A stretch of DNA of 64,000 nt. Source: an uncultured Spirochaetota bacterium. Its GTDB lineage: Bacteria > Spirochaetota > Spirochaetia > SZUA-6 > Fen-1364. The DNA is taken from contig CAWGAA010000003.1 in NCBI GenBank assembly GCA_963820525.1, positions 928,001 to 992,000 of the forward strand, in the 5' to 3' direction. A program made the translations under genes and the position numbers. Of the stretch, positions 1-8,835 are shown piece after piece (position 1 is the stretch's first letter; every line of letters begins with the position of its first letter). Below the pieces are notes generated by a model. The model saw nothing but the letters and a program-made list of their open reading frames with translations, did no database searches and was not told where the DNA came from.

Positions 1-209
1 GAAGGAGTATTACGGCCTCTTTTTCGATAAGCCCTGATAGCCTGCCCCTGCGCCGCCTGCTCATGTATACGTTTTGAATTTCGCCGATTCTCATACCGTG
101 CGCCATGCCGAGAGCGTATCCTGCACGTGGGTTTATGCTGGCGTACCGGCTACTTGCGCCGACCCGGCACGCAGGTATACGCTCCCTATCGGGGACGGGA
201 GCGATCAAA

Positions 210-1364
210 ATGATTCTCAAAAACGGGACTCCGGAAGAAGTCGGCATGTCAACGGCGGGAGTAAGGCGGGCTGAGGCCGCCGCCGAAAGACTCGTGGCGA
301 TTGGAAACACGCCGTCGGTCGTTACCCTGATTGCACGTAAAGGCGTGATCGTGTCTCATAAAGCCTTTGGGACAGACGGCTCAGAACCCGGTTCACCACC
401 GCTGAAAGTCGATGCGTTGTTCCCGGTTTGCTCCATTACCAAGGTTGCTACGGCCACGTGCATCATGATGCTTGTGGAAGAAGGTCGCGTCGGTCTGAAC
501 CGGCGAATTACCGATTATTTGCCCGAGTTCAAAGGCGACGGCCGGGACTGCATATGCGTTCACCACCTGCTCACCCATACATCGGGGCTTACGGATGAGG
601 ATGTAGAAACTCATATTCATAAAAAGGAAGGGTTGGAGGTGCCGCCCTGTGACGGCAGCCAGGAGCCGTATTTCCACAAAAAGATATTCCTGGGCTGCGA
701 TACGCCGCCGCGAAACAAGCCCGGCAAAGTCATGTCCTATTTCAGTTTTGGCTACGAGATGCTCGGAGAAATAGTGAGAAGAGTAAGTGGAAAACCCTAT
801 CACGTATTTGTGAGGGAACGGATATTCGAACCGCTCGGGATGAAGGATTCATACCTCTGCGTTCCCGACTCCTTGAAGGAGCGTGTTGTCAAACGAAGCG
901 CGCCGGCAATTTTCCATGAATGGCTGACCAGTGATGACTGCCTACGTTCTACATCGGCTGCAGGGGGAATGTTCACTACCGCTTTGGACCTGGCCAAATT
1001 GGGTTGCATGTTCCTCAACAGAGGTTCATACAATGGGAGAAACATGTTGAGCCCGGTGTCTGTCGCCGAAATGACCAAAAACCAGGTACCCGGCGTGTCC
1101 TCGGAATACAGGGGAGAGATCTTTCCGGAAGCATACTGGGGCTATGGCTGGGGGATAAACGGCACCAAGAAAGACGGTGGAGACTTGTTCTCTCCTTATG
1201 CTTACTCGCACTGGGGCGCTGCCGGACCTTTTCTCTGCGTAGATCCTGTCTATGAGACCATACTGGTATTCCTGTGCGTCGAGGTTGATCATCACAACCC
1301 CTTTAAAGATATCTATGCGGATGCGTTCAATAACGCAGCTCTGTCTGCTATCGAAGTATTGTGA
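210..1364 (+). CDS. Serine hydrolase, beta-lactamase class C / esterase family
   Basis: SxxK motif (CSITK), HLLTHTSG, Y-x-S (YFSFGY) and HWG. Start moved to ATG 210 (MILKNGTPEEVGMS). Confidence 0.9.
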   Translation: MILKNGTPEEVGMSTAGVRRAEAAAERLVAIGNTPSVVTLIARKGVIVSHKAFGTDGSEPGSPPLKVDALFPVCSITKVATATCIMMLVEEGRVGLNRRITDYLPEFKGDGRDCICVHHLLTHTSGLTDEDVETHIHKKEGLEVPPCDGSQEPYFHKKIFLGCDTPPRNKPGKVMSYFSFGYEMLGEIVRRVSGKPYHVFVRERIFEPLGMKDSYLCVPDSLKERVVKRSAPAIFHEWLTSDDCLRSTSAAGGMFTTALDLAKLGCMFLNRGSYNGRNMLSPVSVAEMTKNQVPGVSSEYRGEIFPEAYWGYGWGINGTKKDGGDLFSPYAYSHWGAAGPFLCVDPVYETILVFLCVEVDHHNPFKDIYADAFNNAALSAIEVL

Positions 1365-1384
1365 AAGCGGTAATGGCAGGCAAA

Positions 1385-2292
1385 CTATGATTTGGATATG
1401 CCAGTTGCGGAAGAGAGCGTTTCTTTGACGATTTTCATGAATGCTTCTAAGATGGGAGGATGCCATTTATTCTTCAAATGGATCATTATCATATTCGCGC
1501 TCAAAGGCCCTTTTTCAAAAGGAAGCTCCACGAGCAACCCATTCGCTATTTCCTCGCGCACGGCAATCTTTGGAAGAAGGGCTGCCCCGTTGCCCGCAGA
1601 AACGTTTTGCTTTATTGCTTCAATGCTATTGATATGGTAGAGAGTCGAAAATTTGATCTTTTCGTCTATAAAAAGACCTTCCAGAATATTGAAATAGCTG
1701 CAATCACTAGAAGTCACAAAGATGGGCTCTTTTCTTAATTCCATAACCTGTACGCAGGATTTTGCTGCAATTGGATTATCCGGGTAGGTAGTCATCACTA
1801 AGGGAATCTCCATTAAAACATGCGTCTCCAAATCAACATTCCTGAAATCCTTGGCTATCAAAAATGCGAGATTTATTATTCCGGAACGCAGTTCCTCGGG
1901 CAACCCATAATAAGAACAGGAATTAAAATGGAAATCAACGTGAGGGAAGCGACCCTGAAATATCTTAAGAATGGAGGCAAATAGTACGTGATGATGGTTT
2001 CAGGAATTCTGATCGATAGCGACCCATGAATTTCTTCGCTTCCTTGTATTTCAGTCCGTACCTCTTCTTCAAGATTTATCATTTTTTGTGCGTATTGCAA
2101 AAAAAGCTCACCGGCAGGCGTGAGAGTAATATGCTTTCCATCTCTATTGAATAGTTTCACATTCAAATCTGCTTCAAGTGCCTTGATCTGCTCGGATACA
2201 GTTGATTGGGCGTAATCAAGCAAGTCCGCGGCTTGATTGAAGCTTCCAAGCGTTGCTATCGCTCTAAAGGTATATAGTTGCCTTAAGTCCAT
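1385..2292 (-). CDS. LysR-family transcriptional regulator, frameshifted as assembled
   Basis: HTH (MDLRQLYTF...AQSTVSEQIKALE) is in ORF 1876-2292 and the substrate-binding domain in ORF 1385-1903. Adding one C to the ccc run at 1953-1955 joins them (FRGRFPHVDFHFNSC). Confidence 0.85.
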
Positions 2293-2333
2293 AGTGATAG
2301 CTCACCATCCGGGCATGGGCACCATCTATATTA

Positions 2334-2350
2334 TATCGGAAATTCCGATA
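2334..2350. promoter_or_regulatory. Probable LysR recognition site
   Basis: Perfect inverted repeat TATCGGAA-A-TTCCGATA containing T-N11-A, between divergent genes. TTGACG -35-like hexamer follows at 2372-2377. Confidence 0.7.
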
Positions 2351-2434
2351 AAAGCTATCGTATTCAGCTTATTGACGCGGTTTTTCCGAATGGGTTAAGG
2401 TGGGCATGGCATCAACAATTCAAGGAGATGGAAC

Positions 2435-2886
2435 ATGAAAAGAAAAGACATTGAACAAAAGGCCTTTCAGAATTTTAGCTCGGGATTTCATTGTGCTGAG
2501 GCAATTTTAAAAACGTTTGTGGAATTGTTCAGTAAAGAACCGGATCCAAGTATTACAAGATTTGCCTCCGGCTTTGGCGGAGGAATTGGCGCATCCTGCT
2601 GTGAAACATGTGGCGCTTTGACCGGCGGCATTATTGCCATAGGCTGTCTATTTGGATGAAAGGATCCCTCTGATGACAAGCAGAAAGTAGTCTCTTTGTC
2701 AGCTGAGCTCAGGACCAATTTCTGAAGAAATTTGGCGGCCCAAATTGCAGAATGATTCTGGATCTATTGGGAGACCAGGAAAACAGTCTGAAGTGCAAGA
2801 AACTGACCGCCGAAGCCGCTGGCATACTCTATGAGATTCTTCAGAAAGAAAAAGCACTTTGGCTCGTTGATACGCTGCGCGATTGA
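2435..2886 (+). pseudogene. C-GCAxxG-C-C family redox protein, disrupted
   Basis: FHCAEA, GFGGGIG and TCGALTGG motifs. In-frame TGA at 2657-2659, then a frameshift at 2712-2713. The other frame continues FLKKFGGPNCRMIL...KCKKLT to TGA 2884-2886. Confidence 0.85.
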
Positions 2887-2924
2887 ACTGTGCATCGGTC
2901 GACTTCATGGCAGCCTGTACCGCG

Positions 2925-3371
2925 TTACCGGCCAGGCGAATCCAGTCGAAATCGCAAACGAAGCACCCTGTCTTTCCAATCGCGACCGATGATCCTAAAA
3001 CCCCCAATCGACTTGGTGCTGGGCACGTGAGTGCCGATGCACGGACACGCATCGTAGTCGCCCATGGATATTACGCGCACCTGTCCGTCCACGGATTCGG
3101 GAAGTCTGGATAGATCGAATAGTACGGCAGCCTCCTCGCGGGCCAAATAGGACTCACGCACGGGATAGTCCGCGGCGATGGCAGTGTTGACGGCCTGCTC
3201 AACATCGCGGACTTCCTGGTCAGTAAGGTCACGAGGGAATCGGTAGTCGCATTTACCCTTGGGGCCATCCAGATGCGCGGAGAATGCGCGGGAGCTGCTA
3301 AAGAGACGAACCATAGTTCCGTTCAAGAGATGCTCGGCCGAATGCATGCGCGGATCCGAATCAGTACCCAT
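2925..3371 (-). CDS. Stand-alone AlaX-like aminoacyl-tRNA editing protein (tRNA_SAD fold)
   Basis: Zn-binding HxxxH (HSAEH) and CxGxH (CIGTH), about 148 aa, no synthetase domain. Confidence 0.8.
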   Translation of the reverse strand: MGTDSDPRMHSAEHLLNGTMVRLFSSSRAFSAHLDGPKGKCDYRFPRDLTDQEVRDVEQAVNTAIAADYPVRESYLAREEAAVLFDLSRLPESVDGQVRVISMGDYDACPCIGTHVPSTKSIGGFRIIGRDWKDRVLRLRFRLDSPGR

Positions 3372-3552
3372 GGCGGGATGCTCCCACGCATCCCACACTC
3401 GGGTCAAGCTCGGGAGGTGGCCCCCACCGGTACGCTGTAGCGCGCTGCGCCGCTCCACGTGAGAGCGGCGAAAAAAGAGATGGAATGGCGCTGACTGCCC
3501 CCGATGATACTGACATACTCAAGAGTTTTTTCCAAACATGATTTATGCAAAT

Positions 3553-3598
3553 AGGTTGACCAGACAACTAATTGTCTTTATAGTTGCCACGTCAACTA
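3553..3598 (+). promoter_or_regulatory. Sigma70-type promoter overlapped by two MarR-type operators
   Basis: TTGACC (3556-3561), 17 bp, TATAGT (3579-3584). Inverted repeats GTTG-N6-CAAC at 3555-3568 and TAGTTG-N6-CAACTA at 3581-3598. Confidence 0.75.
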
Positions 3599-3615
3599 AT
3601 AACTCAGGAGGCGTA

Positions 3616-4056
3616 ATGGACACGATCGCCAGGTTCATTTGGCAGATAAATAAAAATAATCAAATTTACATGGCGGCGAGGCTGGAAAAATACAACATTG
3701 GCAGCGGGCAATACCCCCTCTTGATGCTGTTGTTTTCCAAAGAAAGCCTCTGCCAGGAGGAGCTTTCGCGGTTTCTCAACATTGATAAAGGCGCCACGGC
3801 AAAAACAGTCGCGCGGTTGATGGAAGGCGGCTACATCACGCGCCGGACGGATCCCAAGGATAAGCGTCGCTATCAGATCTGTCTCACCCCAAAAGCCAAT
3901 CGCATCAGAGGCGATCTGGAAAGCGCTATCGAGCATTGGCACCAGATGCTCCTTCAGGGATTGCGCAGAGGGGAGATCATACTCGTGCGCCGCCTGCTGG
4001 AAATAATGAAAGAAAATTCGAAACACGCTCATCGGAAAAAGCAGGAATCCAAATGA
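3616..4056 (+). CDS. MarR-family transcriptional regulator
   Basis: QEELS...IDKGATAKTVARL...DPKDKRR winged HTH; AGGAGG RBS before ATG 3616. Confidence 0.92.
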   Translation: MDTIARFIWQINKNNQIYMAARLEKYNIGSGQYPLLMLLFSKESLCQEELSRFLNIDKGATAKTVARLMEGGYITRRTDPKDKRRYQICLTPKANRIRGDLESAIEHWHQMLLQGLRRGEIILVRRLLEIMKENSKHAHRKKQESK

Positions 4057-5264
4057 CGAAAATTCTCTATACCAATGGGAATGGTGCAGATAAGGGTGCG
4101 CTGGGACCGCTGGTACGCATGATTGCGGTGGGCGAAGAGGTCCAATCCATCGATCCTTCGGCCCAGGTGGCGTTCCGTGCTTCCACGGCGGAAAAACCAT
4201 ATCTGGAAAAAAGTGGATTCACCGTCTTCGACGGCTACAAACCGTACCTTTTCGGCCTTCCCGCGTTGATCGGAATGTGGATCACCATTTCCCTGGAGCG
4301 CAACCCTGGACGCCCCATTCCAGAAGTCCCCAACATGGAATTCGTGCTCCGACTCAAAGGCATGCTGAACCGGAAATACGTAGAAGCCACATTCCGCGAA
4401 GAAACCGCTCTGTTGGAGAAATTCCGACCGGACGTCATCTTCGGCAGTATGGACCTCATCATGCCCATTGTCGCTAAGCTTGCCGGTATTCCCTATGTGG
4501 TGCTGGGCACCGCCGTGATGCTGCCCGGATACAAATCGCCCTTGTTCCCTTCGAAAGAAGCGCAGGATTACACTGGCCTGATAAACCCTTTGCTCCGGCG
4601 GCAGGGGCTGCCACTGGTGCGTGATATCAAAGAGCTGTTGTGCTCGTATTTCCCCGCGCAGGTGGTCATCCCAAGCATTCCGGAGCTTGAGGATATGCCG
4701 CCGGATGGGAAGAATCTATTCATCGGTTCACTGCTGCCAAACCGTATTTTGAATCAACCCTTTGCGTGGGAAAAGAAACGTCCCCTTGTGTTTGTCTATC
4801 TCAGTATCGGGCAATTGACCCCTCAGAAGTATATGAAAGTGCTCGTGGAATCATTTGCCCGGTCCGAGTTCGATGTCGTGGTGGCGGCGGGAGACCATCC
4901 TGCCTTCCAGGGAAAAAAAGTCATCACCGAAGGGAATGTCCATTTCTACCGAGTCATTCCTTCGGAAGAAATACTCCCCCTGTGCGATTTGGCGATCCAC
5001 CATGGGGGTCAAAACACGACCGTGCAATGCATCCAGCATGGCGTGCCGGCGCTAATCTTCCCCGGAATGCATTTTGAGCGCCACTATAATGCAACCAAAG
5101 CGGCTGAGGCCGGCTGCGCGCGCTGTCTGCCGAATGCGGATTTCCGCGTGGAGGTTCTCCTGCGCCTGGCGCGGGAGGCGAGCTGCGATCCCACCATGCG
5201 CGCACGGCTTCAGCTTGCAACTATGGGAGACGATGGTTGTTCGAAGTTATCTTGCAGAGTATAA
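4053..5264 (+). CDS. GT1 / MGT-like UDP-glycosyltransferase
   Basis: ATGA overlap with marR; FRPDVI, VYLSIG, and sugar-nucleotide motif IHHGGQNTT...GVPALIFP. The C-terminus looks irregular. Confidence 0.85.
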   Translation: MTKILYTNGNGADKGALGPLVRMIAVGEEVQSIDPSAQVAFRASTAEKPYLEKSGFTVFDGYKPYLFGLPALIGMWITISLERNPGRPIPEVPNMEFVLRLKGMLNRKYVEATFREETALLEKFRPDVIFGSMDLIMPIVAKLAGIPYVVLGTAVMLPGYKSPLFPSKEAQDYTGLINPLLRRQGLPLVRDIKELLCSYFPAQVVIPSIPELEDMPPDGKNLFIGSLLPNRILNQPFAWEKKRPLVFVYLSIGQLTPQKYMKVLVESFARSEFDVVVAAGDHPAFQGKKVITEGNVHFYRVIPSEEILPLCDLAIHHGGQNTTVQCIQHGVPALIFPGMHFERHYNATKAAEAGCARCLPNADFRVEVLLRLAREASCDPTMRARLQLATMGDDGCSKLSCRV

Positions 5265-5286
5265 TCGTGATGGCGCCGTCATTGAT

Positions 5287-6633
5287 ATGAACACGAAACG
5301 CTGGTTTTCACCTCGTGCCATAGGAATAGCGGTCTTATTCTCCCTGCTTCTTAGCCTAGCCGTTTGTGGGCACGAAAAAGCGCCTGAACCTACCCGAACA
5401 CCAGTTCCGCCAATGACTGCGCCGACGCGGTTGCCTGCACTCTCTTTTTATGAAACATCCGCAAGAGAATTCGCGGTCACGGATTTCAGCGCGGTGCATT
5501 CTCCGGTCGACGGCGATGCCAATAGGTATTTGATCCTTGGCAATTTGCCGGTTTCCAAGCCCGCCACGGATCTTCCCGCTGAGCTGGCAGTCTTCCTGGG
5601 AAGGTGGGAAGGGTACAGTTATAACCCTCCGGTCAAAAAGGATCGAAAAGTCGTGCTTGTCATTCAGGAGATTACAACGCAAGGGGGGAAGGCTGTCGGC
5701 TGGTCAGGCACAAATCTCCAATATCCCGACGTGGTCGGTGAGCTCCACTTCTGGGTTGTCCCCGGTGATGCTCCTTCCATTCAGTGGAAAGTTGTTTGGC
5801 CCGATGGCAGCAAACAAATCGACACGTTTACGTATGATCGCGACAAAGGCCGTATCCGGGGTTGGTCGAAAAACCCATCGGACAATTCTACCTATGGCCC
5901 TTGGGAGCTGAGCCGGGATCGATCTTTCATTGTCTACAGGGATTATGCCCAATATCTGGCTGGCAAGCGTATATACTCCAAGGAATACCGGCACGGCGAA
6001 TTGCAGCACTACGGCAAGGGGTATCTGCTCTACCTCCCCGAAGGCTATGAAGATCATCCGGAAAAAAAATGGCCGCTTGTCATCTTCCTGCACGGCTACG
6101 GCGATCGGGGAGGCAATGTATTCCTGCTGGCAAAAGCCAGTCCCTTCATGTTTATCCGCGAGAAAGGGCCCCTGCCCTTCATAATCGCCGCCCCCTTGCT
6201 GAGCTCCTTCGAAGGTTATTCGTCATTTCCAGACGCTTACATGGCTGGCGTTCTGGCAGAAATTCAGGCGTATTACCGCGTGGATTCGAAGCGGATGTAC
6301 GTGACCGGGCTGAGCATGGGCGGGGAAGCGACCTATCGCTTTGCCGTGTACCATCCCACACTATTCGCCGCCATTGCGCCCCTGTCCGCATACGTCGATT
6401 CAAAAACGTATTCCATGATCGGGCGCATCAAAGATCTACCGGTATGGGCGGTCCATGGCGCCGACGATACAGTCATACCCTTATCTAAAGCCCAACAACC
6501 TGTGGATGCCCTGAGAGAGGCAGGATCCAAGATAAAATTTACTGTTCTTTCTGGTCACGATCACGATACCTGGACGGATACGTACTCGGACCCGGCGTTC
6601 TATGACTGGTTCTTGCACTACCAAAGACCATAG
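5287..6633 (+). CDS. Exported alpha/beta hydrolase (esterase / predicted peptidase) with unknown N-terminal domain
   Basis: Signal peptide ending in possible lipobox LAVC; PLVIFLHGYG, GLSMGG nucleophile, HGADD and GHDH. Confidence 0.8.
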   Translation: MNTKRWFSPRAIGIAVLFSLLLSLAVCGHEKAPEPTRTPVPPMTAPTRLPALSFYETSAREFAVTDFSAVHSPVDGDANRYLILGNLPVSKPATDLPAELAVFLGRWEGYSYNPPVKKDRKVVLVIQEITTQGGKAVGWSGTNLQYPDVVGELHFWVVPGDAPSIQWKVVWPDGSKQIDTFTYDRDKGRIRGWSKNPSDNSTYGPWELSRDRSFIVYRDYAQYLAGKRIYSKEYRHGELQHYGKGYLLYLPEGYEDHPEKKWPLVIFLHGYGDRGGNVFLLAKASPFMFIREKGPLPFIIAAPLLSSFEGYSSFPDAYMAGVLAEIQAYYRVDSKRMYVTGLSMGGEATYRFAVYHPTLFAAIAPLSAYVDSKTYSMIGRIKDLPVWAVHGADDTVIPLSKAQQPVDALREAGSKIKFTVLSGHDHDTWTDTYSDPAFYDWFLHYQRP

Positions 6634-6744
6634 AGAAAAATCACGTCGTTTCTCTGTTGGCTGGGTTCCCATGTACAAGATATCCCGGTCTTCGGACGCG
6701 CAGGATCTCAACGAGGACGCCGGCGACCGCGTGAGGCACAGAAA

Positions 6745-7968
6745 TCACGGAGTGATCTCCCGGCCCACGAGCTGTTCCACCTGCTGCAGGAAGGCGTTGA
6801 CGATCGCATCCCTGCCCGGCAGCGTCATCTCAACACCCCCCGTGAGCTGCACAGGCTCGTACTCCTGCCATGCCTCCCGCAGGGGGTAAAAGCCCACCTG
6901 GTTTCTCGCCGCGTTTTCCCGCCATTCCTTCGCTCCGAGTTCCCAGGCCTTGAGGAATCCGCCGCTGATTTGAGTCACCTCCACGGGAACCCAGCTCTTG
7001 TCGCCTCGGAAAATCAAGTTGTCCACATGGGTGAAAAGCCCGCGAGCCTCATCCGGCTTCAAGCCAAGGGAAAAGGCCATAGAGATGTGCCCAGGGACCG
7101 TGATGAAGGCGGTCTCCACCCCAACGGATTCCAGGAGCGCGGAATAGAGAATGGATAAATCGGCGTAGTCCCCTGCCTTGTACTCGAGGGTTTGGCGAGG
7201 AAATTGGAGGAAAACAACCGCGTCCGTGTTGCTTGTGCGCTCCGCGAATGTGGGCTTGGGGGCGGATACATAGGCAACACCGAAGAGGTCCAGCGCAGAG
7301 AACACTCCCATCGCCGTAAGGAACTTCGCATTTATCGCTTCGGGACTCTTATCACGGATATCGCCCATCACGTTCCTGGAGAAGCTCATTATTGCGGGGT
7401 CTTTGGCTGTTACAAAAACAGCCAGCCGACGGTTGTCTGCCAACGTCATGGAATTGCGGTTCAGGAGACGCAGGGTCACTGCCGTCACGTAACTGTAGTT
7501 CTGGCCATTCATCCTGTACCCGAGCACGATATCCGCTGCAACGTTCGTGGCTTCCGTCACCCCCAGCACTCGATCGGTAAACAGCGCAAAGATATCCACG
7601 TTCTTGCGCTCTCCCGGCCCCGGTTCCGCGAGAGCCGTGCACTGCTTGGGACTGTCCATGTAGTGCTTCACAAAGAAGCTCAGTCTGATGTTCTTGATTG
7701 TAGTCTTTTCTTTGCTGATGAGCGTCACCATGCCCAAAGGGTGATTGTCATAGTATTTGTAAAAGACAGGGAAGATCTCGTAGAGAACGACGCTGGCAAT
7801 CTCAATCCCCGGTCCTTTCTCCACGGTCGACTGTTGCGCCGAAATCGGCGCCTGGGCGAGGCCCAAGCAGGAAAGCAGCAGAAGAAGAACAATGGGAACA
7901 ACGACCAGGAATGAAAGACGTGAGACATACTTTAACCGTAAGTGAGCCACACATCCCTCCGGATACAC
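6745..7968 (-). CDS. Exported hypothetical protein with transglutaminase-like domain, probably truncated
   Basis: QFPRQTLEYKAGDYADLSILYSALLESVG...PGHISM...WVPVEVT resembles a transglutaminase-like core. Start position uncertain. Confidence 0.6.
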   Translation of the reverse strand: MYPEGCVAHLRLKYVSRLSFLVVVPIVLLLLLSCLGLAQAPISAQQSTVEKGPGIEIASVVLYEIFPVFYKYYDNHPLGMVTLISKEKTTIKNIRLSFFVKHYMDSPKQCTALAEPGPGERKNVDIFALFTDRVLGVTEATNVAADIVLGYRMNGQNYSYVTAVTLRLLNRNSMTLADNRRLAVFVTAKDPAIMSFSRNVMGDIRDKSPEAINAKFLTAMGVFSALDLFGVAYVSAPKPTFAERTSNTDAVVFLQFPRQTLEYKAGDYADLSILYSALLESVGVETAFITVPGHISMAFSLGLKPDEARGLFTHVDNLIFRGDKSWVPVEVTQISGGFLKAWELGAKEWRENAARNQVGFYPLREAWQEYEPVQLTGGVEMTLPGRDAIVNAFLQQVEQLVGREITP

Positions 7969-8167
7969 TATTTCAAGCGCACCTATGAATGTCGATTCGA
8001 TAACTCTACATCATGAAGGGCAGAAGTCAAGGGTGTGAAACCACGCGCTTCGCCAGATGCCTCGCTTTTCTCACCACATCGTATGCTTGCGAGACATTGT
8101 ACGACACAGGCCCTGTATAGTATAGTCTATCGTGATTCCGAATGAAGGACTCGGGCAAAGGACAAAA

Positions 8168-8608
8168 ATGAAACAGAGAATCTCTTTTGAGAAAATCTGG
8201 TTTGATGACGATATTGTCGAATTGAAAATCAAAGCTGATAATGGCAATTCGAGTTTCTCAAACACGGTATATGTTGGACATCAGCAATTAATCGATCTCG
8301 TCAAGAGTCTGTCCAATTTTAAGGACCATGTGTACGGCGGTCTTTTTGATATTGAGCTTGGCGAGTTCGGACCCGAATATGGAAATGGGGCATTCAGCGC
8401 GCGCTTGCATTTTCAGGAAAAAGGAAAGCTCTATCTAAGCATTAGAATGCAGTCGGACTTCTTCAATTTTGGCAAAAAGAATGTTGCCAGTGAAGCGTAT
8501 TTGTATTTGATTTCGGAACCCGCACTACTTGATAAATTTATCATTGAATTACAATCACTGGATGGAGAGATCGGCAGTACTGCACGATTGGAATGCATAG
8601 GTGATTAA
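8168..8608 (+). CDS. Hypothetical protein in an AT-rich segment
   Basis: Clean 146-aa ORF with globular composition; no motif recognised. Confidence 0.7.
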   Translation: MKQRISFEKIWFDDDIVELKIKADNGNSSFSNTVYVGHQQLIDLVKSLSNFKDHVYGGLFDIELGEFGPEYGNGAFSARLHFQEKGKLYLSIRMQSDFFNFGKKNVASEAYLYLISEPALLDKFIIELQSLDGEIGSTARLECIGD

Positions 8609-8835
8609 GATGCATGTCGCTTCCGCGGCGCTGTCGCGCCCTTCAAACACTCGGCCTTCGTTGCCTCGTGCCACGTCATGTACGCTGACCAGTACGCGCC
8701 AGCTGAGTGAGACCCAGGCGTGCGCAGAACGTTAGCCGCTAAAGATTATCCCAATCAACCACCCATTCAGGAGCTTGCGCAAATAAGGCTTCCCGGCGTA
8801 TCCTGAAGATCACACCTCCCCCGCAAGGAGAAAGT

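Noticed and set aside
2657..2659. In-frame TGA as selenocysteine in the C-GCAxxG-C-C protein
   Set aside because: The TGA falls after LFG, where Arg is usual (CGA/AGA to TGA), not at a conserved Cys. A frameshift follows about 55 bp later and no convincing SECIS hairpin was seen.
8740..8835. TPP riboswitch upstream of the ThDP enzyme
   Set aside because: No CUGAGA or other THI-box core; only a 7-bp inverted repeat (TTCAGGA/TCCTGAA) around a possible promoter.
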